This document shows positions 57,460 to 64,000 of a DNA stretch of 64,000 bases, piece by piece. How positions within the stretch are numbered: position 1 is the first letter of the stretch; each line of letters starts with the position of its first letter. The translations under genes were made by a program, and so were the position numbers. Under the pieces are notes generated by a model that saw only the letters and a list, made by a program, of their open reading frames with translations, ran no database searches and was not told where the DNA came from. Source of the stretch: Rhodosorus marinus CCMP1338 (taxonomy: Eukaryota > Plantae > Rhodophyta); NCBI GenBank assembly GCA_029953675.1, contig JAMWBK010000007.1, positions 682,001 to 746,000 of the forward strand, read 5' to 3'.

Positions 57460-59322
57460 ATGGGTGGTGATTTGTCGAAGGCGGTTCCGTACGAGGACAG
57501 GCCGTTTCCAGCTAGAACAGCTCGGCCTTTGGTAAGTCTTCCTGGGAATATGTTGAGATTTGGACAGTCTGTCACGCTCGCCGCTGGGCTGTGGACGAGG
57601 AACTTGGTGACGTCAGCTGAGGAATCGGTGGAGAGCTCGATCAAATATCCGGTAAATTTTGAGCTGGATGAGATGACTCAAGAGACAAAGAGGGAATCAG
57701 GGCGATTCAGCATTGAGTTTGCGACGTTGGCGGCGCGACTGGCGTGTTTCTCGTATTTGGAAGGTGGTATGTATTGGCGGTCTGACACGAGACCGGTAGA
57801 TAGCTTCCACGTGACACACCCTTCCCAGTTTTCCATCGGGATGCTCGCTGCCTCGAACAAAATTCCTGCCTTCGTCCAGGGATTTGAACCAGATCTAATA
57901 CCGGAAAGCGTTGTCGTCAACGGTGAATCCGTACCTCTCGACACTCAGCTTGCGAGCGGATGGGGCAGGGTTAACTCTGGTTTGCTGAAGGAATTTGATT
58001 CGGATACCGACGTTGTCATCATGCACGACGTGAAGAAGGAGACGATCTATATCATGTGGCAGGGAACACAGTCAAATACGGATGCAATCAATGACGTACG
58101 ATTCTTGCCCCGCTACTGGCCCTATGGCAACAAAAGTTACTTCGCATCGGAGGGTTTTGTGAGAAGCCACGAGGCGGTGATCATGGACGTAAGGAACACT
58201 ATAGAGAAGCTGTGGAGTACGAATCAGTACAAGAAGATTTTCGTAGTGGGGCATAGTCTTGGAGGAATCTTGGCAAACCTCAACGCGCATGCGCTCTCCT
58301 ACCTCATGCAGAAGGAACTCGAAGAAACGGGCTTGCCCAAGGAGGAGAGGCTTGTTTGCTACACCTTTGGGGCGCCTAGGGGAATGACATGGGAGTTGAG
58401 GAATGACTACAACGAGCGTGTTCCCCACTCGTATCGGTTCCGAAACGATGAAGATATTGTCCCGAGGATTCCTTCGCCGAATAAGTACCATGCAGGAATC
58501 CCTATTATTTTGGATGAGCATCGTGTGGTTCTCAACTTCGATGAGAGCGCAATTTCGAGCTTCATAGACGACAAGTCGGAGATCAGCGAGGCGTTCTCAG
58601 ACCACCACATAAGCAGCTACCTTTCTCACATTATTGGGCTTCAAAGTCGATTGCGAGTCACACCAGAACAGTCCGACCAGATTGAAAAAGCTTTTGCAAG
58701 TTTAGTGGAGCCGACAGATCAAAAGCAGGCGTGGACTATATTGCAGCCCACTGAGAAATCTAAGACGAACCCGTTGGCCCGATATCTCAAGGTCGGGGTT
58801 GACCCTGTGCCTTTGCCGGCAGGGGTGAAGGCTATTCTTCAAGAAGCTTTTGGCAAGGAGAAGGTGACGGATGAAATCTGCGATAACTTGCTGTACTATT
58901 CGAGCAAACTCAACGAAACGCATATATTCGATCTGGAGAATTCGGAAGATGTGCAGGAGGTGTCAATTAATTGCTTCAGGACGTCGTTTTCGGAGCTCGT
59001 ACTGGAAAGTGACAAGGCTCTGAACATTGACAAACTGCGGTACCGTTTGGCCTTTGATCAGATGGATAGTGACAAGAATGGACTACTGTCTCCGAGGGAG
59101 TTCGTGCAAGCAGCGATGACGGTGAGGGGCGAAGGTGACCTGTCGAAGGAAACTGAAGATGAAGAAATTATCAACTCGCTACGGAAGGAGTTCAAAGAGT
59201 GCTACAACCACATGAAGGTTCCGTATCCTGAAGATCCGAACATGGAGCTTTCCACCGTCAGCTTCACCGAGTTTTACATATGGGCGAAGGAAAACAAGAT
59301 CGCCGCTGAGCAGCTGAGATGA
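57460..59322 (+). CDS. Class 3 lipase with C-terminal EF-hand region (likely ATG at 57460)
   Basis: IYIMWQGTQS, nucleophile GHSLG, YTFGAPRG, NDEDIVPRIP, SDHHISSY; EF loop DSDKNGLLSPRE; N-terminus MGGDLSK. Confidence 0.9.
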   Translation: MGGDLSKAVPYEDRPFPARTARPLVSLPGNMLRFGQSVTLAAGLWTRNLVTSAEESVESSIKYPVNFELDEMTQETKRESGRFSIEFATLAARLACFSYLEGGMYWRSDTRPVDSFHVTHPSQFSIGMLAASNKIPAFVQGFEPDLIPESVVVNGESVPLDTQLASGWGRVNSGLLKEFDSDTDVVIMHDVKKETIYIMWQGTQSNTDAINDVRFLPRYWPYGNKSYFASEGFVRSHEAVIMDVRNTIEKLWSTNQYKKIFVVGHSLGGILANLNAHALSYLMQKELEETGLPKEERLVCYTFGAPRGMTWELRNDYNERVPHSYRFRNDEDIVPRIPSPNKYHAGIPIILDEHRVVLNFDESAISSFIDDKSEISEAFSDHHISSYLSHIIGLQSRLRVTPEQSDQIEKAFASLVEPTDQKQAWTILQPTEKSKTNPLARYLKVGVDPVPLPAGVKAILQEAFGKEKVTDEICDNLLYYSSKLNETHIFDLENSEDVQEVSINCFRTSFSELVLESDKALNIDKLRYRLAFDQMDSDKNGLLSPREFVQAAMTVRGEGDLSKETEDEEIINSLRKEFKECYNHMKVPYPEDPNMELSTVSFTEFYIWAKENKIAAEQLR

Positions 59323-61089
59323 ACCGTGGCAATCAGCAGAAGAATTTTAGTTGAGCGCAGACCATCGTTCGTAGTCCACTAGTTTCTCTCCTATGGGATT
59401 TCGCGTTTTCAAGTAGGCGAGAACATAACTCTCGTTACCGCATGCTCCATCCTCCAGTCAGTACCCAGTTGCTCTCTCTAGAGCACGTCAGCGCCCAACA
59501 TCCATAAACATATGTATTTCATTGTATCTCGCAGATGGCCAAGTATTTCATAACTGGTTTCGGTCTGCTACCGAGGAACAGATTCTATCTCCCGGTAAGA
59601 GCCTTTATGAATGCCAAGCCTGGATTGACCGTGGATTCCAAGAGGACGCATTCGACCTCTCCAGAATGATTGAAAATAGGTTTGACATAAGATACTTAGA
59701 CCAATCGTATCAGACTGGGCCCAACCCTGATTGGCCAATATCGAATGTCAATAAGGCAACATCGAACAGATTAGCAGATTCTTCGCTAGGCCGCGGTAAC
59801 CCAAAAACTCAACCGCAAGTACAATTTCCTGCTGTACGGGAAGCAGCTTTTGGAAGCTGATACCCTCCACGTGACATGAAGTGTATCGACTTCAAAGAAA
59901 AGCTTGAAAACGACTATTTGGGTCGTCGACTCTATAGACTTCTCGTTGGCTCAACGAAGTGCTCCGTGAGCACCCCGACCGACTCTCCTCGCTCCTTACC
60001 CGTATGCATGTACTAGTCATCCCTTTGATTTACCTTCCCTTCCCCCCCCCCCCTTTTGGTTCCCTTTTAGTTTACGACTAACCCATTCATTTAAAGAGGC
60101 CAAAAGACAGTCGCGAGCATATCCTCCCAGCGAAGCAACCCAAACCTATCAATCATAAGAAACGTGGAACCAAAAGCTGATTTCCTTCCCATCGCGCCGT
60201 CTCTATTCAGAAACAACTAAAAACATTGAAATCAGGTTTCGATGCAACTTTTTTTTTTTTTCTCTCGAAAGAACGAATCAAAAAACCTACGATGATTGAG
60301 CAACTGATGGACTTTAAGCAGGAATGGAACGCCCCCCAAGGCTTGCTGCTTAGGATGAGAAGGTCTAAGAATGATTGGAGTGTAGCGATCATACATCCAA
60401 TGTGTATGCCACTTGAATAGGGTGGAGCCACAGTGCGAAATTTGATAGAGGCGACGCTCATGTTGAGTTTTTTTTTGATCAGAATCCGATGTGCGGTTTT
60501 GAGGGTGACGTGCTTTCCTTAGCCCTCCGCGCTCTGACTGAACGCGTGCAAGCGGCAAGTCTAGATATACAGCTTTTGTCTGTTCTGGATTTTGGATCGT
60601 GGCATGAGGACAATGACCTGCCAAACTACATGAAATGACCATGCTTTTGAAACCCCCTGGTCATCTTATCTGCTCTGCCCAGGCTTTTGGAGTGGTATGG
60701 ATAACGTCCATACGTAAATGGATAATTTTAGGGTCAGTCGACCTTAGATACAGTGCAAAAAAGTGTAGAAGTGTAAAAGTGTAAAAAGCTTAAAATTCTC
60801 AAGACGAACGAATGGTTTAATCGGAGGCTGAAAAAAAAACCCCGAGGGGAAAAAAAGACTAAGCGCGGCGAAGTACTCGCGCCTCCAACATCAAAGCGGC
60901 ATTCATGCGCCACAGCAGGAAACTTAAGCGGGTAAACAACGATTGAAGACGGTCAGGGCGTTCGCGGAACAACTCCCGAAGCCAGCGAGAACCAAGGAAA
61001 GCGATCCCGCAGCGAAATTCTCAAGAGGGTACGCATAAATTGGGGTCCCCCCCTTGCCCCTTGGAGGATGGAGAGTTCAGTTGGAGTTT

Positions 61090-61440
61090 ACACCCCGACC
61101 GTCACAGCAATCCATTGGGATGCTTCTTGCGGAGAGCAATTTCCTTCACTCTTCCAGGGAATTCGCGTGACTTCATCAGTCACGAGTACAATCGGAAACA
61201 CTCCAGGGGGACGGGAAAGATCGACTGGGTATCACAAAGGAGCATGAAAGTGACACGGATCTTATTGTACGACGTGGCTGCCGAGACCATCTATATCGTA
61301 ACAGGTACAAGGAACACAGTCTAGAAAGGATTTCCTCCAGACTGATCTGCGCTATTTTCCCCGCTACTGGCCTTATCACTACAAGGATGGCAGACGCTTA
61401 TTTGCCTCCCGAGGTTTCGTGAGGAGCCACGAGTCGGTGA
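61090..61440 (+). pseudogene. Frameshifted partial paralog of the class 3 lipase
   Basis: YDVAAETIYIV and QGTQSRKDFLQTDLRYFPRYWPY...FASRGFVRSHESV match HDVKKETIYIMWQGTQS...FLPRYWPY...FASEGFVRSHEAV; no GHSLG seen after it. Confidence 0.75.
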
Positions 61441-62597
61441 GTGAGGATCTCATGATTTTGCGCTCTTCAAGCCGTGGAATATCTGCCGCCCGTTCTCGCT
61501 TCGATTACCTTTTACGTGCACTAGCAGTGATTGGCGTGTTTGAGAACCTCCTTGATGTGAACAATGTTTAGCTCATGCGGAGCACAGCCGTGCACAGGGG
61601 CCGGCAGAGAGGCGAAGGACGCTCTTGTGGGAAAAGGATGAAATCTGCGAGAACAAAACTCTGGAAGCGCGTGACTTCCAGAGTTTTCTCCTTCAGTAGT
61701 CTTTTGCTCTCCTCCTCTTTTTTCGGTCTCCGACTAGCACATTCGTTTCAGTAAAACTACGCCAGCATATTGAAGCTCCGTCCCAGCCACACCCGCTTGT
61801 CAGTATCATCAAGGTCAACTCAATACACAACTGAGCCGCTCGCAAACTCTCTGTCTGATCAAAGCTGTCTTGGAACTGATTTCCTCATGCGATTAGACTG
61901 GAGCAAGAAGGCCCTCCCCCCTGCGGAGCCTCCAACGTAGTGGCGAAAAGCTTCCTCACCCAAATCGAAACCCTCGAGACATCGCCGCCGCCGCGGTTCG
62001 ATCTCGCAGCAGAAGATGAAATGGTATTACTATCAAACGAATTGCTTCATTCCTGTGTAAAACATATTCACAAACTAAAAAGAATATGAAACCAATTTTT
62101 TTAAGCCGTAGCGCCTACACTTTGTATCCTTCTACCTTACCGAACTTCGCCATCGATCGGAATCCACAACTTTTGACGGCGTTTTGAGCTTGCGAGCGAA
62201 CTCAAGGAAACATGTCTTGGCTAATTTTTTTTCGCATGCAACAGTCATTTGCCCTCAACCACGGCCGATGATAGATAATGCTAGCTCGGCACCAAAAGAG
62301 ACGCCGCTTCATCCAGCGTCAAAACCGAGCTTTAGCTGATGTACTACAGTGTAAATCCATTCTGAGGAGTCTCACTGGTTCCTTGAAAAGGCAAGTTTTG
62401 GAGTGGCTTCGCAAAATGTGTTACTGACCATCCTGCCGAGTATCTTGTACTCTTACACCGGTTCAGTAGTCTATTTATAGAGAGCTTCCTGCAGCATTCT
62501 AGTGGCATGCTAGCCGATGCTCGCTACCAACGCCTTGGCTTGCACGCTTTTGTTACTCGTCTCCAGTTCGTATTAAGCCCTGCGTAGCGCGTATGGC

Positions 62598-62755
62598 TAT
62601 GCTAGTAGAACGATCAACCACTTTGGGGATGAACGTGAATTGATTCGTATGCTAAGAGAACATCGCTAACATACCTGTAAAAATACAATAAAACCATCAA
62701 CCACTTTGGGGATGAACGTGAATTTACCATATGCTAATAGAACATCCCTAACATT
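62598..62755. repeat. Tandem duplication, period 83 bp, with a 29-bp identical core
   Basis: ATCAACCACTTTGGGGATGAACGTGAATT at 62613 and 62696, each followed by TATGCTAA.AGAACATC.CTAACAT. Confidence 0.85.
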
Positions 62756-64000
62756 CGTGCTTCGGCGCTAGCTCATCGCCTGGTACCTCTGGTCACTGAG
62801 TGCTTTGGGTTTATGGATTCCGTTGGTTCTCGTTGGCTTCGGGAATTGTTCCGCGAACGCCCTGATCGTCTGTCCTCGTTGTTTACCCGTTTAAGTTTCT
62901 TGCTGTGGCGTGTGAACGCTGCTTTTATGTTGGAGGCGCGATATCTTCGCAGCGCTCAGTCTCTTTTTTTCCCTTCGGGGTTCTTTCTTTCGGTCTCCGA
63001 TTAAACAAATTCATTCATTCAACATGTTGACAACTGTAAAAATATCCGTCAAAATTTCCGAACGTATTCAATCAATGAAAAGGTAATAATGATTAGGTTT
63101 CAGTTTCTACGTCAGCGAACGACAGCTTGTCCCAATCTTTTTGATATCACAACTGTTGGCTTTCCTATCATAAACGCATAGTATCGCTTTAGCGATGCTC
63201 ACTTAGTTTATTTTGTCCGGAAACGCATTTGGTCTCGCCATCGATTTCCCGTGATTCCTCCACCCCCTCCCCCCCCGCCCATGGACTCTCGTCTGTTGCG
63301 GGAAGGCGAGCCCACCAATCTGAATAGAACTGATCTGAACCCAAAAAAACCTTTACAATCCATTTGCAGAACGGGATAAAATAGGCCATATACCATCAGA
63401 CGGTTCGCAACAACGAAAACGCTCCCCTTCATCAACTTGGAGATCGTTGCGTTGTTGTCCCACTCCGTTTCTTGAGGCTCGTTCGCTTACATCCAGCATC
63501 TTTCTCCCTTCTCAACGGTGTTCTTAGCCCTAGAAAATGGTCTCATATCCCGCCTCTCTGCATGTCGGCCAGATTCCTATTTCGATTTCGATGAAACGGA
63601 AATTTTTGAGGACGAGGGCAAATCAATACCAACACGCGTTGATAATAATAATACTTATTTTATCAAAATGATATACGGGGAAGGGGGGGGGGGAGAGGGG
63701 GTGGGAAAGAGGTCGAGGGCTCGACGGCTCCCGCTGAGCAGCTGAGCAGCCCTCGACCCTAACTTTCTTCTTGTTGGCATTCTTTCAAGAGTCTCGCAAA
63801 GGGGTCGATGGGAATCCTACATTGGACGAGAAAAACAGATATGGTGTACGAAATGAATTAGGGCGGTTTCGGGTACGGTGATGAAAAAGATTTTTTCATT
63901 TGTTTTTCTGGTTGACACTCTTGCATCAGGTGTGTGAGATGCGCCATTTGCAATTTGAGGGCAAAGGTGATTAAGTTCTGCAACAGCACACACCTGGGTA

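Noticed and set aside
57078-57644. 188-aa minus-strand ORF
   Set aside because: Antisense to the lipase 5' region and its purine-rich leader.
59522-59860. 112-aa ORF with a non-ATG start after the lipase
   Set aside because: No motif, homology or splice support.
62613-62724. Two identical 29-bp repeats resembling a mini-CRISPR
   Set aside because: Eukaryotic context, only two repeats, the sequences after each repeat are homologous to each other, and there are no cas genes.

Overview
A 64-kb piece of a compact, intron-containing eukaryotic nuclear genome, most likely a red alga. This is inferred from short GT-AG introns of mostly 65-110 nt, plastid transit peptides with an early Phe (MAF, MVAGF, MDGAF, MELSF), and eukaryotic tRNAs followed by Pol III T-runs. 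About 19 probable protein genes were assembled by hand from the ORF track plus splice sites: NRAMP, an Omp85/Toc75-like protein, flavodoxin, a ligand-less Rieske-fold protein, METE, methylmalonyl-CoA mutase, RPL5, an Rpp21-like protein, a class V PLP lyase, a DnaJ-type Zn finger, a DUF1995-like protein, SGT1, a GATA factor, P5C dehydrogenase, an SPX fusion, a lipase-EF-hand protein and several unknowns. There are also 3 tRNAs, a satellite, several tandem duplications and decayed genes. Best leads: (1) a structured 467-nt intron in the B12-dependent mutase, holding a stop-containing cassette exon and mutually exclusive stems around its splice donor, 3 kb from B12-independent METE; (2) an SPX domain fused to a degenerate PCO/ADO thiol-dioxygenase-like cupin, preceded by two copies of a covarying hairpin; (3) a 5S-rRNA-like hairpin beside an alternative 3' splice site in the RPL5 intron; (4) a 108-aa secreted Cys-rich protein the ORF track misses. 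Exon models, family calls and RNA folds were done by eye; no searches or folding programs were run.
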